Of a stretch of 64,000 bases of DNA, positions 28,501 to 38,868 are shown piece after piece. How positions within the stretch are numbered: position 1 is the stretch's first letter; every line of letters begins with the position of its first letter. The notes beneath the pieces are model-generated. The model worked only from the letters and a program-made list of their open reading frames with translations. It was not told the DNA's origin and did no database searches. Source of the DNA: Escherichia coli (GTDB taxonomy: Bacteria > Pseudomonadota > Gammaproteobacteria > Enterobacterales > Enterobacteriaceae); assembly GCF_003018255.1 (NCBI RefSeq), contig NZ_CP027440.1; one strand, given 5' to 3'. A program made the position numbers and the translations under genes.

Positions 28501-29775
28501 GCATCTAAGGCTGAGATTCGTGATATGACAGTGAAGGTTAATAACCAACTGGCTAATGGACAGTCTGCTAACCAGATAACCCTGACCGTCGTGGACAGCT
28601 ATGGTAACCCGTTGCAGGGGCAAGAAGTTACGCTGACTTTACCGCAGGGTGTGACTAGCAAGACGGGGAATACAGTAACAACCAATGCGGCAGGTAAAGC
28701 GGATATTGAGTTGATATCAACCGTTGCAGGGGAACTTGAAATCGCGGCCGCGGTGAAAAACTCTCAGAAGACGGTCACGGTGAAATTCAACGCGGATGCC
28801 AGCACCGGTCAGGCAAACCTGCAGGTTGACACCGCCGTTCAAAAAGTGGCAAACGGCAAAGATGCCTTTACGCTGACGGCGACCGTTGAGGATAAAAACG
28901 GTAACCCTGTTCCAGGCACTCTGGTGACCTTTAATCTGCCCCGGGGTGTCAAGCCGCTTACTGGCGATAATGTCTGGGTGAAAGCCAACGATGAGGGGAA
29001 AGCGGAGTTGCAGGTGGTTTCCGTGACTGCCGGAACCTATGAGATCACGGCGTCGGCAGGAAATGACCAGCCTTCGGATGCGCAGACTATAACGTTTGTG
29101 GCCGATAAGGCGACCGCAACCGTCTCCGGTATTGAGGTGATTGGCAACTATGCACTGGCGGATGGCAAAGCCAAACAGACGTATAAAGTTACGGTGACTG
29201 ATGCCAATAACAACCTGTTGAAAGATAGCGAGGTGACGCTGACTGCCAGCCCGGCAAATTTAGCTCTGGATCCCGATGGGACGGCGAAAACTAATGAGCA
29301 AGGGCAGGCTATTTTCACCGCTACCACTACTGTTGCGGCGACATACACACTCAAGGCGCAAGTGAGTCAGACCAACGGTCAGGTATCAACGAAAACTGCC
29401 GAATCTAAATTCGTCGCGGATGATAAAAACGCGGAGCTCGCTGCATCTCCAGAGCGTGTAGATTCTCTGGTGGCGGACGGGAAGACTACTGCAACACTGA
29501 CGGTTACTCTGATGTCGGGTGTCAACCCCGTAGGAGGAACCATGTGGGTCGACATTGAGGCTCCGGAAGGGGTGACAGAGGCGGATTATCAGTTCCTGCC
29601 GTCGAAAAATGACCATTTCGCGAGCGGGAAAATCACGCGTACATTTAGTACCAACAAGCCAGGTACATACACATTCACATTCAACTCTTTGACATATGGA
29701 GGGTATGAAATGAAACCAGTGACTGTGACAATTAACGCCGTTCCTGCAGATACTGAAGGCGCTGAGGAGAAATAA
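25525..29775 (+). CDS. eaeH: Intimin/invasin-family adhesin EaeH (FdeC), intact
   Basis: 1416-aa ORF; N-terminal beta-barrel anchor region followed by many tandem bacterial Ig-like (Big) repeats. Confidence 0.9.
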   Translation: MSRYKTDNKQPRFRYSVLARCVAWANISVQVLFPLAVTFTPVMAARAQHAVQPRLSMENTTVTADNNVEKNVASLAANAGTFLSSQPDSDATRNFITGMATAKANQEIQEWLGKYGTARVKLNVDKDFSLKDSSLEMLYPIYDTPTNMLFTQGAIHRTDDRTQSNIGFGWRHFSENDWMAGVNTFIDHDLSRSHTRIGVGAEYWRDYLKLSANGYIRASGWKKSPDVEDYQERPANGWDIRAEGYLPAWPQLGASLMYEQYYGDEVGLFGKDKRQKDPHAISAEVTYTPVPLLTLSAGHKQGKSGENDTRFGLEVNYRIGEPLEKQLDTDSIRERRMLAGSRYDLVERNNNIVLEYRKSEVIRIALPERIEGKGGQTVSLGLVVSKATHGLKNVQWEAPSLLAAGGKITGQGNQWQVTLPAYQAGKDNYYAVSAIAYDNKGNASKRVQTEVVISGAGMSADRTALTLDGQSRIQMLANGNEQKPLVLSLRDAEGQPVTGMKDQIKTELTFKPAGNIVTRSLKATKSQAKPTLGEFTETEAGVYQSVFTTGTQSGEATITVSVDGMSKTVTAELRATMMDVANSTLSANEPSGDVVADGQQAYTLTLTAVDSEGNPVTGEASRLRLVPQDTNGVTVGAISEIKPGVYSATVSSTRAGNVVVRAFSEQYQLGTLQQTLKFVAGPLDAAHSSITLNPDKPVVGGTVTAIWTAKDANDNPVTGLNPDAPSLAGAAAVGSTASGWTNNGDGTWTAQITLGSTAGELEVMPKLNGQDAAANAAKVTVVADALSSNQSKVSVAEDHVKAGESTTVTLVAKDAHGNAISGLSLSASLTGTASEGATVSSWTEKGDGSYVATLTTGGKTGELRVMPLFNGQPAATEAAQLTVIAGEMSSANSTLVADNKTPTVKTTTELTFTVKDAYGNPVTGLKPDAPVFSGAASTGSERPSVGNWTEKGNGVYVSTLTLGSAAGQLSVMPRVNGQNAVAQPLVLNVAGDASKAEIRDMTVKVNNQLANGQSANQITLTVVDSYGNPLQGQEVTLTLPQGVTSKTGNTVTTNAAGKADIELISTVAGELEIAAAVKNSQKTVTVKFNADASTGQANLQVDTAVQKVANGKDAFTLTATVEDKNGNPVPGTLVTFNLPRGVKPLTGDNVWVKANDEGKAELQVVSVTAGTYEITASAGNDQPSDAQTITFVADKATATVSGIEVIGNYALADGKAKQTYKVTVTDANNNLLKDSEVTLTASPANLALDPDGTAKTNEQGQAIFTATTTVAATYTLKAQVSQTNGQVSTKTAESKFVADDKNAELAASPERVDSLVADGKTTATLTVTLMSGVNPVGGTMWVDIEAPEGVTEADYQFLPSKNDHFASGKITRTFSTNKPGTYTFTFNSLTYGGYEMKPVTVTINAVPADTEGAEEK

Positions 29776-29794
29776 AAACGACGATGTAATAAAT

Positions 29795-29870
29795 AATAAT
29801 GGCGTTGACATGCGCAGCGCCATTATTTACTGAATACCTACCCTGGTACCGATTAGACGGTGGCAGGGTA
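29795..29870. terminator. Two hairpins between the convergent eaeH and AraC-family genes
   Basis: aataatggcg...cgccattatt and taccctg...cagggta stems. Confidence 0.4.
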
Positions 29871-29899
29871 GGGTAAATCTTATGTGATGGATTTACAGG

Positions 29900-30790
29900 C
29901 TAAACCGGGCGAACGGGGATAAAAATTTCGCAAACAATGTTATTGCTATCAATTTCGACGAAGTTTTCATTGTAATAAAACCGCTCAATATCACTGCCGT
30001 TCACTCTGGCTAACCCCCTGGCGGGTAATTCCATCAGATAGAGGTTTCGCGCCCATTCAGGGTAGTGCTCCCACTCACCTTCATAGCGGAAAGAGGCATA
30101 CAGTCCTCGGTTAATTGTCCACTCTTTCGACATCTCTGAATCGGTTTGTTTGCATACCGTACCGGCAAAAGTTTCAACTGTGAGCAAATCGACCGATTTT
30201 GTTGATGGTTCGAACGTGGAGACGAAATAGATATCCGTCTTAAAACTCTTCATACATCTGGCTAAATGATGACGTCGCAGTTTGACTTCTTCATCCGGTG
30301 ATTTATTCGACACTTCAATGTCATATTTAAATGAATCGCCAAAAATAGGTGTCTCAGGAAAGTTGACTAATTTACACTCCGTCTTTTGCTGTTGACGTAT
30401 TAAAAAAGAAGGGAAGATATTTGCGAGATCCCAATAATCACGGTGGCGGTATTCACGGGGAGAGCAGCCGAATAACTTTTTAAATTCGCGGCTGAATGAC
30501 TGCTGTGAATCAAAATGCAAAGAGAGTGCAATATCAAGCATAGATTTCGCGGTGAGCCGGACAAGAATGGCGGCACGACAAAGCCTTCGTTTGCGAATGT
30601 ATTCTCCCAAAGGCACATGCATGAAATTTCGGAACAGAAGCTGGATGTTGCGTCTGCTGTAGCCAGATTTCTGTGCGATATCTTCGATTGAAATAGGGTG
30701 TTCGAGATTGCACTCAATCCACTCCAGGAGCTGCTGTAGAATCTTCTGCCTGATCATCACATTCTCCATTAATTCTTCGTCATATCGCAC
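29900..30790 (-). CDS. ykgA: AraC-family regulator with C-terminal GyrI-like effector domain (YkgA-like)
   Basis: AraC HTH in the N-terminal half; true start may be an internal Met (MENVMIRQ). Confidence 0.7.
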   Translation of the reverse strand: MRYDEELMENVMIRQKILQQLLEWIECNLEHPISIEDIAQKSGYSRRNIQLLFRNFMHVPLGEYIRKRRLCRAAILVRLTAKSMLDIALSLHFDSQQSFSREFKKLFGCSPREYRHRDYWDLANIFPSFLIRQQQKTECKLVNFPETPIFGDSFKYDIEVSNKSPDEEVKLRRHHLARCMKSFKTDIYFVSTFEPSTKSVDLLTVETFAGTVCKQTDSEMSKEWTINRGLYASFRYEGEWEHYPEWARNLYLMELPARGLARVNGSDIERFYYNENFVEIDSNNIVCEIFIPVRPV

Positions 30791-30990
30791 ATTTTCGTTA
30801 TGCCCTGGGCCCTAAGTGTATCAAAAACAGCAAGGCCGAAGGCAAAAGCACTGGTAGCGTCTGCTTCGTTGTCCCCGAAAATAGAGAGGTTTCAGTCCTA
30901 CATTATTAATGAATTTTTTGCATAAGTGATATCAAAATCCACATACTAATTTGAGGTTACGTTTTAACGTAGACTCATTGTTCATGCCTA

Positions 30991-31875
30991 ATGGAGGGAC
31001 TGACAGTGGAATTTTCCGTATTAAGTAACAATCTGAAAATGCCGATGATGGGATTTGGTGTTTTTCAGGTTACCGATAAAAACGTGTGCAAACAGTCAGT
31101 GTTGAACGCTATCCGCACGGGTTATCGACTCATCGACACTGCAGCGGTATACGGTAATGAAGATGCCGTCGGTGAAGCCGTTCGTGAAGCTATATCTGAA
31201 GGTTTATGTACCCGAGATGAGTTATTTATAACGTCTAAATTGTGGGTGCAGGATATGTTGAATCAGGATACGGCAGCAGCAGGTATTGAAGCATCATTAA
31301 AAAAATCGGGACTAGAGTACTTCGACCTCTATTTATTGCACCAGGCTATGCGCGATTATTTCAGTGCGTGGCGTGCACTCGAAGATGCCTATGAAGAGGG
31401 CAAATTAAAAGCAATTGGGGTTTCCAATTTCTATCCTCATGTTCTGGCGAACTTTTGTGAAACGGTAAGAGTTAAACCGATGGTCAACCAGGTCGAGTTG
31501 CATCCCTATTTTGCCCAACCAGAGGCGCTGGCAACCATGAAGTATTATAACGTGCAGCCTGAAGCATGGGCTCCGTTAGGTGGTGGACGACATAAACCCT
31601 TTGAAAATAATCTGCTTCAGAGTATTGCAGATGCCCATCAAAAATCGATTTCTCAAGTCATTCTGCGTTGGAATATTCAACGGGGAGTGGTCGTTATTCC
31701 GAAATCGACACATCAACAGCGTATCGAAGAAAATTTTGCTATCTGGGATTTCTCACTGACAGAGAAAGAAATGGCACAAATTAGTTCGCTTGATTTGGGT
31801 TATGTTGGGGAGTCGGTAAAACATTTTAATCCTGAATTTGTTCGTGGTTGTCTTGCTGTAAAAATACATGATTGA
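30991..31875 (+). CDS. Aldo-keto reductase
   Basis: 294-aa ORF with ...MPMMGFGVFQV... and AKR motifs. Confidence 0.8.
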   Translation: MEGLTVEFSVLSNNLKMPMMGFGVFQVTDKNVCKQSVLNAIRTGYRLIDTAAVYGNEDAVGEAVREAISEGLCTRDELFITSKLWVQDMLNQDTAAAGIEASLKKSGLEYFDLYLLHQAMRDYFSAWRALEDAYEEGKLKAIGVSNFYPHVLANFCETVRVKPMVNQVELHPYFAQPEALATMKYYNVQPEAWAPLGGGRHKPFENNLLQSIADAHQKSISQVILRWNIQRGVVVIPKSTHQQRIEENFAIWDFSLTEKEMAQISSLDLGYVGESVKHFNPEFVRGCLAVKIHD

Positions 31876-32034
31876 TATTAATCATATATTTTACCTGAGA
31901 CGACAAGAATCTTTTAACAGGGGAGTGATATTGATCTTCACTCTGTCATATCTCCGGTAATATGGCGTCAGGCTTCATCATCAGAAAGGGGGCCTGACGC
32001 CTGAAAAAGTGAACAACAGACAGTGTTCGGATTA

Positions 32035-32628
32035 TCAATATTCAGTTTTTAACGTTGAACTGGATTCATTACTGCGTTGTTTAAGAATATCCCGCGCCGA
32101 ATCTGCCATTATCATGACAGCACCTGCCAGCATCAGAGTATCTTTCAATACCAGACGACCAGCACCGGATAAATAAGGGAAACCATGATGAGCGTCACCC
32201 AATGCGGGTACCCATGCCTCCGGGGTGGTGATTAAAAATGAGAGTGTTACCAGCGGCGTGGTAAATGCCATCAGCCCTCCCAGTAAACCTAACCAGCGAT
32301 TGACAGGATTAGCCAAAACCAGCAGAGCAATAATCACCTCCACGACGCCAAGACCGTTGGAAAAACCATAGGTATTATTAGCCGTTTGCCATGCTCTTGC
32401 TTCTGGTTTGTATTCGCCTTCGTGAGTCAGATGCTGTTTATAGTCTTCCGGGTGTTCATAAAAGAACGACATTAGTGGACTGTTTGCGACGAATGGTGTA
32501 ATGCTGTCTGCCTCGTAAGGGACAAACTTTAATAACCCAATCCACATAAAAACAATCGCAATACTCAGACGAATCAATGTCAGGCCAATTTTATCTCCCC
32601 GACTTAACAGGTGCAGGTATCTTTCCAT
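32035..32628 (-). CDS. rclC: Reactive chlorine resistance membrane protein RclC (DUF417)
   Basis: 197 aa from MERYLHLL; several transmembrane segments. Confidence 0.85.
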   Translation of the reverse strand: MERYLHLLSRGDKIGLTLIRLSIAIVFMWIGLLKFVPYEADSITPFVANSPLMSFFYEHPEDYKQHLTHEGEYKPEARAWQTANNTYGFSNGLGVVEVIIALLVLANPVNRWLGLLGGLMAFTTPLVTLSFLITTPEAWVPALGDAHHGFPYLSGAGRLVLKDTLMLAGAVMIMADSARDILKQRSNESSSTLKTEY

Positions 32629-32639
32629 TGTAAACATCC

Positions 32640-32876
32640 TTATTTATACAATACTGCTGTTGCGGTTGAATTATTATCAATTCGCATCGATGTAACTTTC
32701 CAGGATGAAGCATTATATTTTCTGGCCATATCAGCAATGGCATTCTCAAGAACTGTCGGTGATGCTGATACTGATGAGACGCTGATATGTTTCAGAATTA
32801 TTTTATCATCTGCATTGGTGGAAAATGCCATAACGCCAGATAATAGTGTTGCAAATAAAACAGATTTTTTAAACAT
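32640..32876 (-). CDS. rclB: Periplasmic DUF1471 protein RclB
   Basis: 78 aa from MFKKSVLFATLLSGVMAFSTNA; signal peptide. Confidence 0.8.
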   Translation of the reverse strand: MFKKSVLFATLLSGVMAFSTNADDKIILKHISVSSVSASPTVLENAIADMARKYNASSWKVTSMRIDNNSTATAVLYK

Positions 32877-32984
32877 ATAAAATACCATCAATGAAGTGAT
32901 TAAGAAGTTATAAAGTAACAGGGAATTAATAAGATTCTTTTCTCTGAGACGCCGGAATATTTGTTCTGGCGTCTGATTTTGAGT

Positions 32985-34310
32985 TTATTTGACTAATGAA
33001 AATAGATCATTGAGTGATTCGCTCATCGACGGATGAGTAAATATCTGATCGCGTAATATGCTATAAGGCAGCCCGGCATCCATCACCATTTTCACTATAT
33101 TGATCATCTCGTGGGAGTCAACACATAGCAGTGATGCCCCTAATATACGTTGGGTTTTATTATCAACAATCGCTTTTAATACCCCACGGGTATCGTTCAT
33201 CACTCTGGCGCGCGGAATTGCAGCTACAGGCAATGTCACCACCTGAATATCAGCACCACTCTCTCTGGCTTGTTCTTCTGTCATACCAACCCTGGACAGG
33301 GGCGGTGTCATAAATACGGAATAAGGCACATTTTTCCGATCATCAGTACTACGTTTGCCTTCACCCAGTAACTCATCACGTACAATGCGGTAATCATCTA
33401 GTGATATGTAAGCAAATTGCAGCCCGCCGGTAACATCTCCCATCGCCCAAATATTGTCTGCGGTGGTATGTAATCGCTTGTCAACGACAATTGCCCCGCG
33501 CTCGTTTACTGCGATACCGGCATTTTCTGGATGTAACGAAGCGGTAGCTGGTTGACGACCGGAAGCTATTAACAGTGCATCCACCGCCAGTTGGGCGTGC
33601 TCGCTATGCACTTGCACTTGATTTTCATGGTGACTGATTCGCTCCACATGGGCATTGAGGATTATATCGACACCCTGATCGCGTAAAATCGTCGCGATAT
33701 TATCAGCAATATCCCGATCTTCCCGAGGCAAAAACAGCGAAGCTGCCTCTAAAATGGTTACTTTGCTGCCAAAATTAGCGAACATAGAGGCGAACTCAAC
33801 GCCAATATATCCGCCGCCCAAAATACCTAAATGCCCAGGCAATTCTTTTAGATTAAGTAATCCGGTGCTGTCATATACACCAGGCGTGGTGGTAATTCCA
33901 GGAATTGGCGGAACCACGGCTTGTGCACCGGTATTAATAAAAATTTTCTCGCCATGAATCTCCAGATTTCTCCCAGGCCGATGAACACGCAGGCTATGAT
34001 TATTGATAAACTCCGCCTGGCCGTCGATCACGTCGATATTGGGCATATCCGCAAGATTATGAAAATTCTTATTACGTAAAAAATTAACCACTTCATTTTT
34101 ACGCTGTATGGCACGGACAAAATCTGTGTGCTGCTGTGCGTCATGAACCAATGTTTTGGTTGGGATACAGCCGATATTAATACAGGTCCCGCCATACATT
34201 GCATTTGATTGTTCGATGAGAGCCACACGCCAACCTGCTTTTGCCAGCGTGACGGCTAATGTTTTTCCAGCCTTGCCAAAACCAATAATAACTGCCTGAT
34301 ATTTATTCAT
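32985..34310 (-). CDS. rclA: Pyridine nucleotide-disulfide oxidoreductase RclA
   Basis: 441 aa from MNKYQAVIIGFGKAGKTLAV; FAD-binding GxGxxG and CxxxxC motif. Confidence 0.9.
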   Translation of the reverse strand: MNKYQAVIIGFGKAGKTLAVTLAKAGWRVALIEQSNAMYGGTCINIGCIPTKTLVHDAQQHTDFVRAIQRKNEVVNFLRNKNFHNLADMPNIDVIDGQAEFINNHSLRVHRPGRNLEIHGEKIFINTGAQAVVPPIPGITTTPGVYDSTGLLNLKELPGHLGILGGGYIGVEFASMFANFGSKVTILEAASLFLPREDRDIADNIATILRDQGVDIILNAHVERISHHENQVQVHSEHAQLAVDALLIASGRQPATASLHPENAGIAVNERGAIVVDKRLHTTADNIWAMGDVTGGLQFAYISLDDYRIVRDELLGEGKRSTDDRKNVPYSVFMTPPLSRVGMTEEQARESGADIQVVTLPVAAIPRARVMNDTRGVLKAIVDNKTQRILGASLLCVDSHEMINIVKMVMDAGLPYSILRDQIFTHPSMSESLNDLFSLVK

Positions 34311-34536
34311 GATGATTTCCTGTCGAAACGCGTTCATTTGACATCATGACTATAGACGCAAAAGAGCAAATAACATTTCTTCACAACGCTTGATATTTTG
34401 TCTTATCGTCTGGTATTTTCTTTTTCTTAATCAGAATCACAAAACAAAAATCATGATTAACTATTTGATGGTATTAGATTAATTATTGACTAAGATTGTT
34501 GGTGTTTGTAATCAAAAAACCACTCAGGAGTCTGAT

Positions 34537-35391
34537 ATGGATGCTCTTAGCCGTTTGTTGATGCTTAACGCTCCACAAGGAACGATCGATAAGAATTGCG
34601 TGTTAGGAAGTGACTGGCAACTTCCACATGGTGCCGGGGAATTGTCGGTTATTCGTTGGCATGCGTTAACGCAAGGAGCGGCGAAGCTGGAAATGCCGAC
34701 GGGAGAGATTTTTAGATTACGCCCGGGAAATGTGGTCCTGCTACCACAAAATTCAGCTCATCGCCTGAGTCATGTCGATAATGAATCGACCTGTATTGTC
34801 TGTGGCACTCTTCGGCTGCAACATTCGGCGCGTTATTTTTTAACATCTTTGCCGGAAACGCTGTTTGTAGCACCAGTGAACCATAGCGTGGAATATAACT
34901 GGCTGAGGGAGGCGATCCCGTTTTTACAACAGGAATCCAGATCGGCAATGCCGGGAGTGGATGCTCTGTGTAGCCAGATCTGCGCTACATTCTTTACCCT
35001 CGCGGTGCGTGAGTGGATTGCACAGGTTAATACAGAGAAAAACATTCTCAGTTTGCTTCTGCATCCACGTCTTGGTGCGGTAATACAGCAAATGCTGGAA
35101 ATGCCAGGACACGCCTGGACCGTCGAATCGCTGGCCAGCATCGCCCACATGTCCCGGGCAAGTTTTGCCCAGCTTTTCCGTGATGTTTCCGGAACCACGC
35201 CGCTGGCTGTATTAACAAAGTTGCGTCTACAAATAGCGGCCCAGATGTTTTCCCGGGAAATGCTCCCTGTTGTGGTGATCGCTGAGTCAGTAGGCTATGC
35301 CAGTGAATCATCTTTTCACAAGGCGTTTGTCCGCGAGTTTGGTTGTACTCCGGGAGAATATCGGGAAAGGGTGAGACAGCTTGCACCCTGA
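34537..35391 (+). CDS. rclR: AraC-type redox-sensing regulator RclR
   Basis: 284 aa from MDALSRLL; divergent from rclA. Confidence 0.85.
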   Translation: MDALSRLLMLNAPQGTIDKNCVLGSDWQLPHGAGELSVIRWHALTQGAAKLEMPTGEIFRLRPGNVVLLPQNSAHRLSHVDNESTCIVCGTLRLQHSARYFLTSLPETLFVAPVNHSVEYNWLREAIPFLQQESRSAMPGVDALCSQICATFFTLAVREWIAQVNTEKNILSLLLHPRLGAVIQQMLEMPGHAWTVESLASIAHMSRASFAQLFRDVSGTTPLAVLTKLRLQIAAQMFSREMLPVVVIAESVGYASESSFHKAFVREFGCTPGEYRERVRQLAP

Positions 35392-35918
35392 ATAAAACCG
35401 CCAGAAATCAGGGCAAAGATAATCCGCATTCCGGGAGTTGTGAGCCTTTCAACTATTTCTATTTCCAACGGTGGTTTTGGGCTTTATATATTTTTTTTGA
35501 TGGACTCTAGCTCAGTTTTTAAATAAAAACGCAAACTAAATTGCTTTAATTAAATAAAATGCCGACTATTACTTGATACGTAATTATTGTTGGTGATTTT
35601 GTTTGTACACTATCAGTGTATATCTCAATAACCCCTGAATAAGTAGCACTGAATAGGTATAAGGGATGTAGCCTTTTTAAATGGATTTCTTATGCCAAAA
35701 ATGATCGTCGATTTCCCTATAAAATGTGAGCGATGCCGAAAGAAATAAAATTAGTTATTGCATTTGAAGTTTGGATGAAAGATTATCATTTGTCATACAA
35801 ATGAGGGGTGGTATGTTGCTAGCCAATTAAAAAAGAACGCCATATTTATTGATGATTGATCCCCCGGAAGGGGGGAACCATCGGGCATAAATGGGCATGA
35901 AGTAATGGAGTATTAGTT

Positions 35919-36638
35919 GTGAATGTCAATTTCTTTGTCACCTGTATTGGTGACGCCCTGAAATCAAGAATGGCACGAGACTCCGTGCTGCTACTGGAAA
36001 AACTCGGCTGTCGCGTAAATTTCCCGGAGAAACAGGGATGCTGCGGTCAGCCTGCGATCAATAGTGGTTATATCAAAGAAGCGATTCCAGGGATGAAAAA
36101 TCTGATCGCCGCACTGGAGGATAACGACGATCCCATTATTTCACCGGCTGGCTCTTGCACCTATGCCGTAAAAAGTTACCCGACGTATCTGGCGGATGAA
36201 CCTGAATGGGCATCACGTGCCAAAAAGGTTGCCGCGCGTATGCAGGATCTCACCTCTTTTATTGTTAATAAATTAGGGGTAGTCGATGTAGGTGCCAGTT
36301 TGCAAGGGAGAGCGGTGTATCACCCATCTTGTAGCCTGGCCCGTAAGCTGGGGGTGAAGGACGAGCCACTTACGTTACTGAAAAATGTGCGTGGACTGGA
36401 GTTGTTGACCTTTGCTGAACAGGATACCTGCTGCGGATTTGGCGGCACGTTCTCGGTCAAAATGGCCGAAATATCCGGCGAGATGGTGAAAGAAAAGGTT
36501 GCGCACCTGATGGAAGTCCGCCCTGAGTATTTAATAGGTGCTGACGTGAGTTGCCTGCTGAACATCAGTGGGCGATTACAACGGGAAGGGCAGAAAGTCA
36601 AAGTGATGCATATTGCTGAAGTGCTGATGAGCCGCTGA
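35919..36638 (+). CDS. ykgE: LutA-like Fe-S oxidoreductase YkgE (GTG start)
   Basis: 239-aa ORF MNVNFFVTCIGDAL..., cysteine-rich CCG-type domains. Confidence 0.85.
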   Translation: MNVNFFVTCIGDALKSRMARDSVLLLEKLGCRVNFPEKQGCCGQPAINSGYIKEAIPGMKNLIAALEDNDDPIISPAGSCTYAVKSYPTYLADEPEWASRAKKVAARMQDLTSFIVNKLGVVDVGASLQGRAVYHPSCSLARKLGVKDEPLTLLKNVRGLELLTFAEQDTCCGFGGTFSVKMAEISGEMVKEKVAHLMEVRPEYLIGADVSCLLNISGRLQREGQKVKVMHIAEVLMSR

Positions 36639-36648
36639 GGATATAAAG

Positions 36649-38076
36649 ATGTCGATCAAAACCAGTAATACAGATTTTAAGACACGCATCCGTCAGCAAA
36701 TTGAAGATCCGATCATGCGCAAAGCGGTGGCAAACGCGCAGCAGCGTATTGGGGCAAATCGGCAAAAAATGGTCGATGAATTGGGGCACTGGGAGGAGTG
36801 GCGCGATCGGGCCGCCCAGATACGTGATCATGTTCTGAGTAATCTCGACGCTTATCTGTACCAGCTCTCAGAAAAAGTGACGCAAAACGGCGGTCACGTC
36901 TATTTTGCAAAAACCAAAGAAGACGCTACCCGCTACATTTTACAGGTTGCCCAACGCAAAAATGCCCGGAAGGTGGTGAAATCTAAATCGATGGTGACCG
37001 AAGAGATTGGTGTCAATCATGTGTTGCAGGATGCTGGCATTCAGGTGATTGAAACCGATCTGGGTGAATACATTCTCCAGCTGGATCAAGATCCGCCCTC
37101 TCATGTTGTGGTCCCGGCAATTCATAAAGATCGCCATCAGATCCGTCGAGTGCTACACGAACGTCTGGGCTATGAGGGGCCGGAAACGCCTGAAGCGATG
37201 ACCTTATTCATTCGGCAAAAAATCCGCGAAGATTTCCTCAGTGCTGAAATAGGTATTACCGGCTGTAATTTCGCGGTGGCAGAGACCGGTTCGGTATGCC
37301 TGGTGACCAATGAAGGTAATGCGCGAATGTGTACCACGCTGCCTAAAACGCATATTGCAGTGATGGGAATGGAGCGTATTGCCCCCACGTTTGCCGAGGT
37401 AGATGTATTGATCACCATGCTGGCGCGCAGTGCCGTTGGTGCACGTTTGACGGGATACAACACCTGGTTGACAGGACCGCGCGAAGCGGGGCACGTTGAT
37501 GGTCCTGAAGAGTTTCATCTGGTTATTGTCGATAACGGGCGTTCTGAGGTGCTGGCCTCTGAATTTCGGGATGTGCTGCGCTGTATTCGTTGCGGGGCTT
37601 GTATGAATACTTGTCCGGCATATCGCCATATTGGCGGTCATGGATATGGCTCTATTTATCCAGGGCCAATTGGTGCGGTGATTTCCCCGTTACTTGGCGG
37701 CTATAAAGATTTTAAAGATTTACCCTACGCCTGCTCTTTATGCACCGCTTGTGACAGCGTGTGTCCGGTGCGTATTCCGCTGTCAAAACTGATTTTGCGT
37801 CATCGTCGGGTGATGGCTGAAAAAGGGATCACCGCAAAAGCAGAGCAACGGGCGATAAAAATGTTCGCTTATGCCAATAGTCATCCAGGATTGTGGAAAG
37901 TCGGGATGATGGCTGGTGCTCATGCGGCAAGCTGGTTTATCAATGGCGGCAAAACACCACTCAAATTTGGCGCGATTAGCGACTGGATGGAAGCACGCGA
38001 TCTTCCTGAAGCTGACGGAGAGAGTTTCCGTAGTTGGTTTAAGAAACATCAGGCGCAGGAGAATAAGAATGGATAA
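36649..38076 (+). CDS. ykgF: LutB-like iron-sulfur protein YkgF
   Basis: 475-aa ORF with 4Fe-4S motif CIRCGACMNTCP. Confidence 0.9.
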   Translation: MSIKTSNTDFKTRIRQQIEDPIMRKAVANAQQRIGANRQKMVDELGHWEEWRDRAAQIRDHVLSNLDAYLYQLSEKVTQNGGHVYFAKTKEDATRYILQVAQRKNARKVVKSKSMVTEEIGVNHVLQDAGIQVIETDLGEYILQLDQDPPSHVVVPAIHKDRHQIRRVLHERLGYEGPETPEAMTLFIRQKIREDFLSAEIGITGCNFAVAETGSVCLVTNEGNARMCTTLPKTHIAVMGMERIAPTFAEVDVLITMLARSAVGARLTGYNTWLTGPREAGHVDGPEEFHLVIVDNGRSEVLASEFRDVLRCIRCGACMNTCPAYRHIGGHGYGSIYPGPIGAVISPLLGGYKDFKDLPYACSLCTACDSVCPVRIPLSKLILRHRRVMAEKGITAKAEQRAIKMFAYANSHPGLWKVGMMAGAHAASWFINGGKTPLKFGAISDWMEARDLPEADGESFRSWFKKHQAQENKNG

Positions 38077-38764
38077 TCGGAGCGAATTTTTGAATAACGT
38101 TGCTCAGGCACTGGGTCGCCCGCTGCGACTTGAACCGCAAGCAGAAGATGCGCCGCTTAACAACTATGCTAACGAGCGGCTTACCCAACTTACCCAACAG
38201 CAGCGCTGTGACGCGTTTATCCAGTTTGCCAGCGATGTTATGTTGACGCGCTGTGAACTGACCAGCGAGGCGAAGGCGGCAGAAGCTGCAATACGTCTGT
38301 GTAAAGAGCTGGGAGATCAGTCGGTCGTGATTAGTGGTGACACGAGGCTGGAGGAATTGGGGATTAGCGAACGTTTGCAGCAGGAATGCAATGCCGTTGT
38401 TTGGGATCCGGCGAAAGGTATTGAGAACATATCACAAGCAGAGCAGGCTAAAGTGGGCGTCGTATATGCTGAATATGGTTTAACCGAATCGGGAGGCGTG
38501 GTTCTTTTTTCCGCCGCCGGGCGCGGGCGTTCATTGAGCCTGCTCCCGGAATCTTCTCTTTTTATCCTGCGTAAAAGCACAATCCTGCCGCGTGTAGCGC
38601 AACTCGCAGAAAAATTGCATCAGAAAGCGCAGGCCGGTGAACGAATGCCGTCATGTATTAACATCATCAGTGGTCCCAGTTCAACGGCGGACATTGAGCT
38701 TATCAAAGTCGTCGGGGTTCATGGTCCGGTGAAAGCGGTGTATCTGATTATTGAGGATTGCTGA
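38069..38764 (+). CDS. ykgG: LutC-like protein YkgG
   Basis: 231 aa from MDNRSEFLNNVAQALG; 8-nt overlap with ykgF. Confidence 0.85.
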   Translation: MDNRSEFLNNVAQALGRPLRLEPQAEDAPLNNYANERLTQLTQQQRCDAFIQFASDVMLTRCELTSEAKAAEAAIRLCKELGDQSVVISGDTRLEELGISERLQQECNAVVWDPAKGIENISQAEQAKVGVVYAEYGLTESGGVVLFSAAGRGRSLSLLPESSLFILRKSTILPRVAQLAEKLHQKAQAGERMPSCINIISGPSSTADIELIKVVGVHGPVKAVYLIIEDC

Positions 38765-38868
38765 GAGAGATATGAAGTCTGGACATAAACCTGAAGGCGG
38801 CACGAGGTTGTGAATTGCGTTAAGGACAACCTGACTTAACCCCGTTCCGTCATGGTTATGCTGCTCTT

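Noticed and set aside
34712-35386. Several 74-121-aa minus-strand ORFs
   Set aside because: All lie antisense within rclR; none has a convincing start context or domain.
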